Shown here: one piece after another, positions 18,828 to 27,716 of the stretch
Position numbering within the stretch: the stretch's first letter is position 1
How the letters are laid out: the number at the start of each line of letters is the position of its first letter
NCBI GenBank assembly: GCA_965205975.1
Contig: OZ242195.1
Span: 2,464,001 to 2,528,000, forward strand
DNA from: Candidatus Latescibacterota bacterium
Lineage (GTDB): Bacteria; Latescibacterota; UBA2968
Reading direction: 5' to 3'
DNA length: 64,000 nucleotides
Translations under genes and position numbers: made by a program
Notes under the pieces: generated by a model
What the model saw: the letters and a program-made list of their open reading frames with translations, nothing else
The model's database searches: none
What the model was told of the DNA's origin: nothing

Positions 18828-19550
18828 CTACGCATTACCATTTGTTCCATACATATAATCCAGATACAATTTTTCCAAATCCTCATGCTCCAATTCAGCA
18901 CGGGTGCGCTCCATGAGCAACTGCCCTTCCTTCATAATACCTACCCGGTCAGCGAGAGAACGCGCCCTGAAAATATCGTGTGTGGACATAAAAATGGCTT
19001 TGCCTTCACCTCTCAACTCTTCGAGCAAATCCATAAACTCAGCACCGGCTTGTGGATCTAAACCAGCGGTCGGCTCATCCAGAATAACTGCCGGTGCATC
19101 TCGAATGATGACAATGGCAATACCCACCTTTTGTCGCATCCCTTTAGAAAACGCCTTGACCCGCTGTTCAAAGGCTTGCTCCTGTAATCCCACGCGCTCC
19201 AAAATACGATAATATCCATCGCGGTCAGTTTCTTTGCCAGCCAAACTCGCAAAAAAATCCAGATTCTGTCGTGCAGTAAAGTTGCCATAAAGCATGACAT
19301 TTTCAGACAGATATGCGACATACTTCTTCGCCTCAAGCGGGTCTCGCGTCACATCAATATCATTAATCTTTGCCGTACCCTCAGTTGGCTCAATAAAGTT
19401 CAACATCAAATTGATAGCCGTTGATTTGCCTGCCCCATTTGCACCCAGCAAACAGAATATCTCTCCCGAGGGCACTTTCAGATTCAAATTGTCCAGTGCC
19501 AGAACACCATCTTCATACCGCTTCGAAAGTTCGATTGCTTCAATCATCAC
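18828..19550 (-). CDS. ABC transporter ATP-binding protein
   Basis: GANGAGKS, FSKGMRQK, ILDEPT, STH. Confidence 0.97.
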   Translation of the reverse strand: MMIEAIELSKRYEDGVLALDNLNLKVPSGEIFCLLGANGAGKSTAINLMLNFIEPTEGTAKINDIDVTRDPLEAKKYVAYLSENVMLYGNFTARQNLDFFASLAGKETDRDGYYRILERVGLQEQAFEQRVKAFSKGMRQKVGIAIVIIRDAPAVILDEPTAGLDPQAGAEFMDLLEELRGEGKAIFMSTHDIFRARSLADRVGIMKEGQLLMERTRAELEHEDLEKLYLDYMYGTNGNA

Positions 19551-19564
19551 GCCTCCTTATAGCC

Positions 19565-21172
19565 TTATCGCCGCGTCAGCTTAACACCGTACCACACCAC
19601 GCCAACAACCAATCCGATCACACCGAGAATCAGCATACTACTCAACAAGAGATTCGTGCGTGCGGTAACGTGAATGCGTACCGTCTTATCCTGCGCCTCA
19701 ACAGATCTGTTATCTGCCATTGCCTGTGTCTGAATTTGAACCTCATAATCTCCCACGCCGACATCGTCGGGCGGCATAAATGTCAGTTGAACAGCGCGCT
19801 CTTTTGAAGGCAGCAGTTCGGAAATCACATCTGGCTCAACCGTTGATCGCCAATTGGGCGGCATATTGGCGCGAATCGCCACATTGTCCAAACGCCTCGT
19901 CCCATCGTTATACACGGTCACTTCCATAAAAACATCTTCGTCAATGCTGATCTCATGATAGAGATTTACAGCACGGACCTCGATGCGCCCCACGCCTCTC
20001 GGCACCAGTTCCAACTTGACTTTACTAACATCAAGCGTATCCAGTTCAGCCGCCGAAAACATGCGTTCTTGAATGGGTTGTAACCTTCGCCAAACTTCCT
20101 GGGGCAACACAAGGGCGTAAAACTCGATGCGTTTGTCAATCGCCACATCCACATCTGAGCGTTCGGGCAAATACACTTGTAAAGACAGATCGTGACTCGT
20201 CTCATTTTGCCGAAAATTGATCTGGCTCAAACGCGCACCTGACCGCGTAAATTGCGCGTTGATTTGCTTCGGCAGGTTCACAACCGCCAATTGAAAAGCA
20301 GCTCTCCCACTCGAAAATCGCTCAACCCGCACCGCATAAGTTGCGCTTTCTCCCAGGTCTGCCTCTTGTGAAAACTGCATCACTTCCAGAATTGGAATCG
20401 CTTTCTCTGATTCGGCTTCTACTTTCACTGGCATTTGTTTGGTCACATCCAAATACTCCATTTGGATTGTAATCTGATCGGCCTCTTCGTCCAGAAGTTG
20501 AAAGGTGAGCGATTTTTCTTCGTATAATTTAAGCGACGGCACAATCTGATCATAGGGTTTGCCAATAATGGTTCCCCCCTGATAAATGGACACAATGATA
20601 TTCTGAATCTCCAAAAGCGATGTCAGGCGTGCCTTTGACATATCCTGGTCGAGGGCGTCTAAGCCTGCGATTTCTACACCGATTTCGGCCAACTCTGACG
20701 TTCCGGATAAATAGGTCTCTGCCTCCGACACATTAGACGAGTTCTTCAAGGTCACATCAACCATCCGCCGTCCATCGGGCAAAATATATTTTTTTGCTTC
20801 CATCACTGAAATATGCGTGGCATCGCGTAAAAAATTCAGCTTTGTCTCGCGCAATGTCAACACGGCTTGCTTGTAAAGAACTGAAGCCTCCTCAAAGGCC
20901 TTTTGCGCGTCATTGAGTTCTTTCAACGTGTAAATTTTTTCTTTAAACAATTCATCTGCAATCTCCAATTCCCTTTTCTTATTTTTCAGGTCTTCTCTGC
21001 GCCGATCCAAATCCACTTCGGCTTTGCGAAGGCGCAATTCATTCAACAATTGCACCTTTGTTTTGCCTGTATTCGTCGGTGCGCTGACATCTTCTGTACC
21101 TTCAAGTTCTCCTACCCACACCATCACAAAGAACGCACAACCAACGCCCCATATCGCACCTATCCTATTCAA
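19565..21172 (-). CDS. Secreted/membrane protein: N-terminal coiled-coil hairpin, Ig-like domains including a NEW3/NPCBM-associated-like domain, C-terminal TM anchor
   Basis: Signal-like N-terminus, helical segment at about residues 45-110, VYNDGTRRLDNV...PPNW...PPDDVGVGDY, terminal hydrophobic helix followed by KLTRR. Confidence 0.7.
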   Translation of the reverse strand: MNRIGAIWGVGCAFFVMVWVGELEGTEDVSAPTNTGKTKVQLLNELRLRKAEVDLDRRREDLKNKKRELEIADELFKEKIYTLKELNDAQKAFEEASVLYKQAVLTLRETKLNFLRDATHISVMEAKKYILPDGRRMVDVTLKNSSNVSEAETYLSGTSELAEIGVEIAGLDALDQDMSKARLTSLLEIQNIIVSIYQGGTIIGKPYDQIVPSLKLYEEKSLTFQLLDEEADQITIQMEYLDVTKQMPVKVEAESEKAIPILEVMQFSQEADLGESATYAVRVERFSSGRAAFQLAVVNLPKQINAQFTRSGARLSQINFRQNETSHDLSLQVYLPERSDVDVAIDKRIEFYALVLPQEVWRRLQPIQERMFSAAELDTLDVSKVKLELVPRGVGRIEVRAVNLYHEISIDEDVFMEVTVYNDGTRRLDNVAIRANMPPNWRSTVEPDVISELLPSKERAVQLTFMPPDDVGVGDYEVQIQTQAMADNRSVEAQDKTVRIHVTARTNLLLSSMLILGVIGLVVGVVWYGVKLTRR

Positions 21173-22523
21173 AATACCCCATCACCTCCCTCAAATTTTC
21201 CAGCGCATTGATATAGCCATCCTGACTCTGAAACAGCCGCTCTTGTCCCGCAAAAAAGAGATCCCGAAACGTTTCAACCTGGTTGTCTGTCACCTGTCCC
21301 AGATCGCGCAAACGCTCCTGAATTTCAAGCCGCCTGCTGTCCATTTGGAGGCGTCGCGTATTGATCTCCCGTTGCAAAATCCGATCTTGTAGTGTCTGGT
21401 AGTGTTGCCGCACATCGCGCTCAACCTGCTCGCGTCGGTCTCGAAACGATGCCTGCACCTGATACAATCGCGCACGCGCAGCCCCAGTTTGTCCATAGCG
21501 AGAAAATCCCGAGAGAATCGGCATTGAAAATTGAAAAAGTGCGAACTTATTTGTATCTCGCATTATAAAACGCGAATCCAAAGGCAGGTTACCTGTACGC
21601 AAGAGCAATACATCTGAAGAGGCATCCAGACGCCAGGTGCGCTGGCTGCGCGTCAGATCAAATCCCAGGACCTTATCACCACTTTCCATGCCAACTTTTA
21701 TTCCAAGATCCGGCAAGTAGTCCAACCGCGTTTCATGAAATGCGCGTGAGACCTCAGCAACTTCCTCGCCAAGTCTTTCAATCTCTACATCGCGGCTCAG
21801 AGCTATTGCAACGGCATCTTCCAAACTCATTTCAAAATCCTCAACCTCCCCAACCAACATCACGTCTTGCACCATATCGCGCCCCATCAACCGCAAGAGA
21901 TCAAAGGTCAACCGTGCTTTTTGCCCCAACAAGACACTGATCTGCGCTTCTTGTTCCAAAGAATCTAACTGCGCCGTTAGTAAATCAAATTCTTTTGCCA
22001 CACCGTGTTCGTATTTCACCCGAATACGCCGCAATTTTTCCCGCACATTGTCGAGTACCTCGCGTCGGTTGGCAATTTGCTGCCTTTTAACAATTGTCAA
22101 ATAGAAATTGCGCCTCACCTGTGACAACACGCGCCGCGTTTGTCGTTCGTAGTCAAGCCGCGCTAATCGCATTCGCGACCGATACGCCACTTCTTCAGGT
22201 GCATCAGCACCAAACTCCAACACGCGCTGTCGCGCATGCAAAATGGCTTCATCGCGAAATAGATCACTATCTATGTGTCGCAGATCTGGCACATTGTACC
22301 GGGTCTTCAAATCCACCTGTGGAAAAAACCGGGATCGCACCACCCACTTATCGTAATCTATCTCCTCAACGCGCTGTCTGGCAGACAGTAGAGTTTCATT
22401 GTGCGCTCGCGCCAGTGCCAAACAGGTCTCAATCTCCAGCACCCCACCTTGTTGTGTATGACTAACAGGTGCCCAGGACATCAGGATACATAAAAACACC
22501 AAGCGATTCAAAAAACGCACCAT
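21165..22523 (-). CDS. TolC-family outer membrane efflux protein
   Basis: Signal peptide; two repeats (LALARAHN..FFPQVDL and AIALSRD..YLPDLGI); FSMPILSG; GGAGG RBS. Confidence 0.85.
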   Translation of the reverse strand: MVRFLNRLVFLCILMSWAPVSHTQQGGVLEIETCLALARAHNETLLSARQRVEEIDYDKWVVRSRFFPQVDLKTRYNVPDLRHIDSDLFRDEAILHARQRVLEFGADAPEEVAYRSRMRLARLDYERQTRRVLSQVRRNFYLTIVKRQQIANRREVLDNVREKLRRIRVKYEHGVAKEFDLLTAQLDSLEQEAQISVLLGQKARLTFDLLRLMGRDMVQDVMLVGEVEDFEMSLEDAVAIALSRDVEIERLGEEVAEVSRAFHETRLDYLPDLGIKVGMESGDKVLGFDLTRSQRTWRLDASSDVLLLRTGNLPLDSRFIMRDTNKFALFQFSMPILSGFSRYGQTGAARARLYQVQASFRDRREQVERDVRQHYQTLQDRILQREINTRRLQMDSRRLEIQERLRDLGQVTDNQVETFRDLFFAGQERLFQSQDGYINALENLREVMGYFE

Positions 22524-22819
22524 AACCTTTCCTCCGAAGGCAGCCGTTGAAGCCTGTGTCAATAACCGCACTAATCTCTCTGCTACTGTCACTGGTTCCC
22601 TCATACTCAGAGAGATAATGCACCTCAGAGCATGTAGGCCAATTATCATGCCTCATTTGCCCGTAGAGAACTCCAAAGCAGTGGGCATACCATCAATATG
22701 CCCTGTCCGCAAAAGATACGCAATCGCATCGCGATTTTCAAACTCTAAAGAAATTCTTACTGACTCTTTGATCTGCTTACGCTGGGAACATGAAACATTA
22801 CAAATTGATCTTGAAAATC

Positions 22820-22855
22820 AAAAAAGGTTGCGGGTGCATTGCCCGAAACCTTTTT
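22820..22855. terminator. Bidirectional terminator-like hairpin at the left edge of the AT-rich cargo
   Basis: AAAAAAGGTTgCGGGtGCA...TGCCCGaAACCTTTTT. Confidence 0.7.
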
Positions 22856-22987
22856 CAGGTATTACAAGCGAGATTTTTTGCTCATCAGCCAAATTTATGT
22901 TTGAACATCCACCAAAGTGATATTCACACTACTTATCATAGATATTTTACACCGCTTATCACCTGGAGACTTCACATTCAAATTTAG

Positions 22988-24502
22988 TTAACGCACATCG
23001 TATTTTAGAAATGACACATACGTTCCAATAAAAAGCAGTAGGGATAAGAGGATGAGCAATAGGATGTCAATGAGTGTCGCTTGCACAACAGAAACTATCG
23101 ACATCTTTTGATACTGAAACACAGGAATCTCATTCAGATTGACCTTTTCGAGCTTTTGTATTTCTGAAAAAGTATTCAGCAATTCGCCGTCCTCCCGGGA
23201 TTCTACGATTATTCCCTCTGTTATGATTTCTTCCGCTACGTCGCCATCAGATGTTACGCGTACTATTTCCCTATTTTCAATTTTTGTTTTTATAAATGCA
23301 ATATATCTTTCTCTATATCCCCTTAATAACTTGATAAAATGCCTAAAGCTATCCATTCCTGTATCAGCGAGGTCCGCCGTTGCATATGTCATTGCAGAGG
23401 CAGGAGATAGGCGGGAAAAGGTGATTGCAAGATTAGCCAAATTTTGTTGTCGTTGTTGGTATTCTCGCTCCATCCGAGCTTGTGCATTTTCAAGCTCAGC
23501 ATCTCGCTGTTCATGAATTTCTTTTTTCTTTTTTTTATATTCATTCCATCGCCTTTCCGCTTGTTCCATACTTTTCCGACTGAATATCTGATCCTGATCG
23601 TACAAAAGCTTCTCACTAATCTTATAATATTTTTTAAAAATATCATTCATTAATTGCGTTTTTTTGATACGGTATTGCTGGCTTGAAGGAACGTGAATAA
23701 ACTGTGTAGCAAGGATACTGCTACTTTTGGGAATGATAAGTACGACCATCACCCAAATAAAAAGTCCGACCAAAAAGGAGATACTCGAACTCTTCGTACG
23801 AGCCGAAATAAATGCACCAATCAAAAAAAAGACGGTTAGATACAGCAGAAATATGCAAAAAATCAAAATCAGACGTAGATAGTCATCGCTTTCAAACTGA
23901 ATATTAGGCAATAGAAGAAGCACAGCCATGCTCAGGAGCATGGGAATCAATAAGGGAATAAATAAACAGAGCAGTCCGCCGATCAATTTGCCCAAGATAA
24001 GCGTGTCACGCGGCACGGGAAATGAGGCGATCAAACGCAGAGTGCCACCTTCTTTTTCTCCTGAAAGCGTGTTATACGAGAAGACTACGGCTAAGAGGCT
24101 AAGGATATATTTTATGATGAAAGTCAGACTAAAATCACCGAACAGTGCCCAAACAGGATTGCCCTCAATTTTGCTGCCATGAAGTTCTGGTGTGCTATAC
24201 GAATTAATATTCAGATTTCTGCCGATGTAATTCGCTATGCCGACATTGAAAATCGCCAGCACTTCTGGCGGTTTACTGATGCGGATACCTTCGCTTTCAA
24301 TGTCTTCATATGTTTCTTGGGATTTCAGCGAATTTCTATTAAGTGCCTGAATGCCGTTGTAGTCATTCACAAGATCGCTATAATTGCACACACTGAGATA
24401 AAAACTCAAAAAAATCAGCATCGCACTCAGGATGCAGGCAATGACAAATGTCGCGTCGGAAAACCGCGCCAACAATTCTTTTTCTATAATTATTTTGAGC
24501 AT
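22988..24502 (-). CDS. ABC-2 type transporter permease (paralog A)
   Basis: SGEKEGGTLRLIASFPVPR..LILGK, SRLSPA, terminal FLKYDVR. Confidence 0.9.
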   Translation of the reverse strand: MLKIIIEKELLARFSDATFVIACILSAMLIFLSFYLSVCNYSDLVNDYNGIQALNRNSLKSQETYEDIESEGIRISKPPEVLAIFNVGIANYIGRNLNINSYSTPELHGSKIEGNPVWALFGDFSLTFIIKYILSLLAVVFSYNTLSGEKEGGTLRLIASFPVPRDTLILGKLIGGLLCLFIPLLIPMLLSMAVLLLLPNIQFESDDYLRLILIFCIFLLYLTVFFLIGAFISARTKSSSISFLVGLFIWVMVVLIIPKSSSILATQFIHVPSSQQYRIKKTQLMNDIFKKYYKISEKLLYDQDQIFSRKSMEQAERRWNEYKKKKKEIHEQRDAELENAQARMEREYQQRQQNLANLAITFSRLSPASAMTYATADLADTGMDSFRHFIKLLRGYRERYIAFIKTKIENREIVRVTSDGDVAEEIITEGIIVESREDGELLNTFSEIQKLEKVNLNEIPVFQYQKMSIVSVVQATLIDILLLILLSLLLFIGTYVSFLKYDVR

Positions 24503-24549
24503 GGAGATACATACCTAAAAAATGAAAAGAGTAACCAATTAACAGAACC

Positions 24550-24580
24550 ACCATCGTGGTCGAAATAAGACCACGATGGT
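24550..24580. other. 12-bp perfect hairpin between the small-protein gene and permease A
   Basis: ACCATCGTGGTC-gaaataa-GACCACGATGGT. Confidence 0.75.
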
Positions 24581-24814
24581 AGTAATACCAATCAGATATA
24601 GAAATCTTGCACTTTGTAATCAGGTATGGTCTGTCTATGCCTATTTTGCACGCCGAAATGCAGTCAGACAGTCAGGTTCTCGAAAATGAGCTACAATGTC
24701 ATGCAAGATTAATTCATACGATTGGTATAACATAGAATGTGAAGCCCTGGACAAAAGTCTGTTAGCACTATTTACTATTTATGGTTGGACCCCACTCTTG
24801 GATATCAAACCCGA

Positions 24815-25168
24815 CTAACTACCTGCGTCTGCGTACTCCACATCTCCCGAATCATGAGCATGATGAAATACACACTTTGCAAAATTTTTAGCCTTGTACT
24901 TTCCGCTAGGTTTGCACTTAAAACCTTTAAGATGGTGTCTCACTTCATCCGCATCATACATGTAGAAACACTCGTAACTAGCATCGTCGCTCACCGTCCT
25001 GAGAGCCTCGTCTAGCGTGTCATACTCACATTCTGTTTCTTGATAAGCATCTTCAGTCACATCATGGGCCACTGCGCTGTCAGGAATGACCCAAGGCACC
25101 ATCATACCAGCCGAACACAAAATAGTGCTGAATTTCGGCACATTGTTGGGCAACCAGTTTGCAATCAT
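24815..25168 (-). CDS. Small secreted Cys-rich protein/precursor 1 (117 aa)
   Basis: AGGAGG RBS; 34-aa leader ending SAVA shared with the 27193-27543 gene; four Cys in the predicted mature part. Confidence 0.85.
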   Translation of the reverse strand: MIANWLPNNVPKFSTILCSAGMMVPWVIPDSAVAHDVTEDAYQETECEYDTLDEALRTVSDDASYECFYMYDADEVRHHLKGFKCKPSGKYKAKNFAKCVFHHAHDSGDVEYADAGS

Positions 25169-25230
25169 TGTGTAACCTCCTGCAATGGATTAAAAAACGA
25201 AACAACCTGATAATTTACACACTTCTTCAG

Positions 25231-25249
25231 TTTGGGCATAATGCCCAAA
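25231..25249. promoter_or_regulatory. Palindrome TTTGGGCAT-A-ATGCCCAAA upstream of precursor 1
   Basis: Perfect inverted repeat; counterpart at 27608-27621. Confidence 0.6.
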
Positions 25250-25340
25250 ACAATTACGGTTCCTACTTTCCTATTGACAATTCAACAACAGGTAAAACGC
25301 GCCCGTTCTGTATATCGACAAGAAAATCCGACCGATTCTC

Positions 25341-25433
25341 CTACCGACTACATCCAGGGCTTAATGCTTCCGGCGAATGAGTTAAACCTCCTTTCTGTTT
25401 ATCAGTGATAAACTCTCAAATCCCTCATATTCC
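25341..25433 (-). pseudogene. Remnant of the 3' end of the DsbA-like gene
   Basis: Translates FITDKQKGGLTHSPEALSPGCSR*, compared with FVTDKQKGGLTHSSEAVSPGCGR* in 27717-29957; frameshifted further upstream. Confidence 0.85.
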
Positions 25434-25520
25434 GCTTGTCATCCGAGACTTGGACTTTGTCTGAGAGTTTGCTACCCCTCCAAGACATTTATTTATCCGT
25501 AGATGCCGCAGAAGTTCCAA

Positions 25521-26936
25521 TCAACGTACATCGTACTTCAGAAATGATACGTAAGTACCAATAAAAAAGAGCAGTGAAAGCAGAATAAGCAAGAGCATAT
25601 CAATGAGTGTCTCTTGAATAACATAAGCAAGTGGCATTTTTTCATATATAAACATAGGCATTTCATTCACATTGGGCTTTTCGCTTGTCTCGACATTTCT
25701 AAAATCATGTAGTTTTTCTTTTATAAACGCGATATATCTTTCCTTGTATGCGTATGCTGATCTAATGAAATGGTCAAAGCTACCCAAGCCCGTGTCAGCA
25801 AAATTCATAGTTGCATGGGTCATTGCAGCGGCAGGAGATATGCGGGAAAGGGTAATTGCAAGGGTGGCCAAATTTCGCTGTTGTTGTTGGTACTCTCGTT
25901 CCATCTGAGCTTGTTTCTTTTCCAGCTCAATATGCTTTTGTTCACTAATTCCATCCATTTTTTTTAGATATTCGTCCCGTAGCTTTTCCCTGAGTTCGCG
26001 ACTCGTTTCTATATTTTGTTGAGCGGTATAATCTTCTGTCAGTTGCGTCCGCTTCTGGTCATATTTATCAGAAAGATCATCCCATAATCGGACTTTTTCA
26101 ATACGATATTGCTGGCTTGAAGAAACCTGTATAAACTGTTCAGCAAGGATACTGCTACTCTTTGGAATGACTAGTACGACCAATACCCAAATAAAAAGCG
26201 CGATTAAAAAGGACACATTCACACTCTTGGTGCGTGCCGAAACGTACGTACCAATTAAAAAAAAGACGGTTAGATATAGTAAAAATATGCCCAATATAAA
26301 AATCAGCCGAAGCCAATCATTGCTTGCAAATTGAACACTCGGCAATAGAAGGAGGACCGCTAAGCTCAAGAGTGTGGGGATCAATAATGGGATGAATAAA
26401 CTGAGCAGGCCCCCGATCAACTTCCCCAAAATGAGTGTGTCTCGTGGCACGGGAAAGGATGCGACCAATCTGAGGGTGCCCCTTTCTTTTTCTCCAGAGA
26501 GCAGGTTATACGAGCAGATAATGGCTAAGAGGCTAAGTATATATTTTATGATGAAAGTTAGATTAAGATCGCCAAATAATGCCCAAACCGGATTGCTCTC
26601 AATCTTGCTACCCTGAAGTTCTGATGTAATAAACGAATTAATGTTCAGATTTCTACCAATGTAATTCGCTATGCCGACATTGAAAATCGCCAGCACTTCG
26701 GGGGGTTTGCTTATATTTATACCTTTAGTACTAATGCCCCAATACGTTTCTTGTGCTTGGAGTAAATTTCTATTAAGTATTTGAGTGCCATTGTAGTCAT
26801 CCACAAGATCGCTATAATTGCGTACACTGAGATAAAAGCTCAGAAAAATCAGCAGAGCACTCAGAATACAGATAATGACAAAAGTTGTATCAGAGAATCG
26901 CGTCAACAGTTCTTTTTCTATGATTAATTTGAGCAT
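25521..26936 (-). CDS. ABC-2 type transporter permease (paralog B)
   Basis: MLKLIIEKELL start parallels paralog A; SGEKERGTLRL; FLKYDVR. Confidence 0.9.
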   Translation of the reverse strand: MLKLIIEKELLTRFSDTTFVIICILSALLIFLSFYLSVRNYSDLVDDYNGTQILNRNLLQAQETYWGISTKGINISKPPEVLAIFNVGIANYIGRNLNINSFITSELQGSKIESNPVWALFGDLNLTFIIKYILSLLAIICSYNLLSGEKERGTLRLVASFPVPRDTLILGKLIGGLLSLFIPLLIPTLLSLAVLLLLPSVQFASNDWLRLIFILGIFLLYLTVFFLIGTYVSARTKSVNVSFLIALFIWVLVVLVIPKSSSILAEQFIQVSSSQQYRIEKVRLWDDLSDKYDQKRTQLTEDYTAQQNIETSRELREKLRDEYLKKMDGISEQKHIELEKKQAQMEREYQQQQRNLATLAITLSRISPAAAMTHATMNFADTGLGSFDHFIRSAYAYKERYIAFIKEKLHDFRNVETSEKPNVNEMPMFIYEKMPLAYVIQETLIDMLLLILLSLLFFIGTYVSFLKYDVR

Positions 26937-27192
26937 AGGAGACATACCTTGCAAGGTAAGCAGATGAGAATGGACAGAGCCCCCATAGCAGTCTAAACTC
27001 TCACTGCGATGGGGGCAACATATATGTAAAGGCAACGGGCAAAACTTGTCAGTGCTATGGATGGCGTGAATTCAAAATCTTGGATCTCAAAATCAATGAA
27101 CTGTTGACGCCTATTTGCGTGTGAAAACCGCGGACGAATACTCAGCATTACAACAGAGACCCATAACACTTTTGTCACCGACTAACAGCTTC

Positions 27193-27543
27193 TCAGGAAC
27201 CTCCACCTCCATTTCCGTCGTCTCCGTCGTCTCCACAATTTGATACACACCTTGCTGTACCATCGGCTTTAAAACATATTCCCCATATGGTGTATCCGAA
27301 ACTCCAATTCCCTGTTGTTTCGAGATAATCCTTGTTTTTTGAGGAACATTTGTTTCTTCCCTCAGTGTCCAACGCACTCATAGCGGCCCCGGGAGTAGCA
27401 TAATCGCAGGGCACAGAGACAGAATAATAATGTATCGTGCATGCCATAGCACTACTGGGAAGTAGCCAAGGCACCATCATACCAGCCGAACACACAATCC
27501 TACCGATTTTCGACATATTATTGGACAACCAATTTGCAATCAT
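27193..27543 (-). CDS. Small secreted Cys-rich protein/precursor 2 (116 aa)
   Basis: GAGGAGG RBS; leader ending SAMA; six Cys in the predicted mature part; Gly/Asp tail. Confidence 0.85.
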   Translation of the reverse strand: MIANWLSNNMSKIGRIVCSAGMMVPWLLPSSAMACTIHYYSVSVPCDYATPGAAMSALDTEGRNKCSSKNKDYLETTGNWSFGYTIWGICFKADGTARCVSNCGDDGDDGNGGGGS

Positions 27544-27607
27544 TGTGTACCCTCCTCAAAGATAATTAAAACGAAACTACTGGACAATCTACAAATTTCT
27601 TCGGTTT

Positions 27608-27621
27608 GGGCATTAATGCCC
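27608..27621. promoter_or_regulatory. Palindrome GGGCATTAATGCCC upstream of precursor 2
   Basis: Perfect inverted repeat at the same distance (about 65 nt) from the ATG as in copy 1. Confidence 0.6.
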
Positions 27622-27716
27622 TTAATCATTAAATATCACCTCCTCTCCTATTGTAATTCAACAACAGGTAAAACGCGCCCTTTCTTTATATCGACAAGAA
27701 AATCCGACTGATTCTA

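Noticed and set aside
25159..25380. Plus-strand 73-aa ORF
   Set aside because: It is antisense to the precursor upstream region and the dsbA remnant
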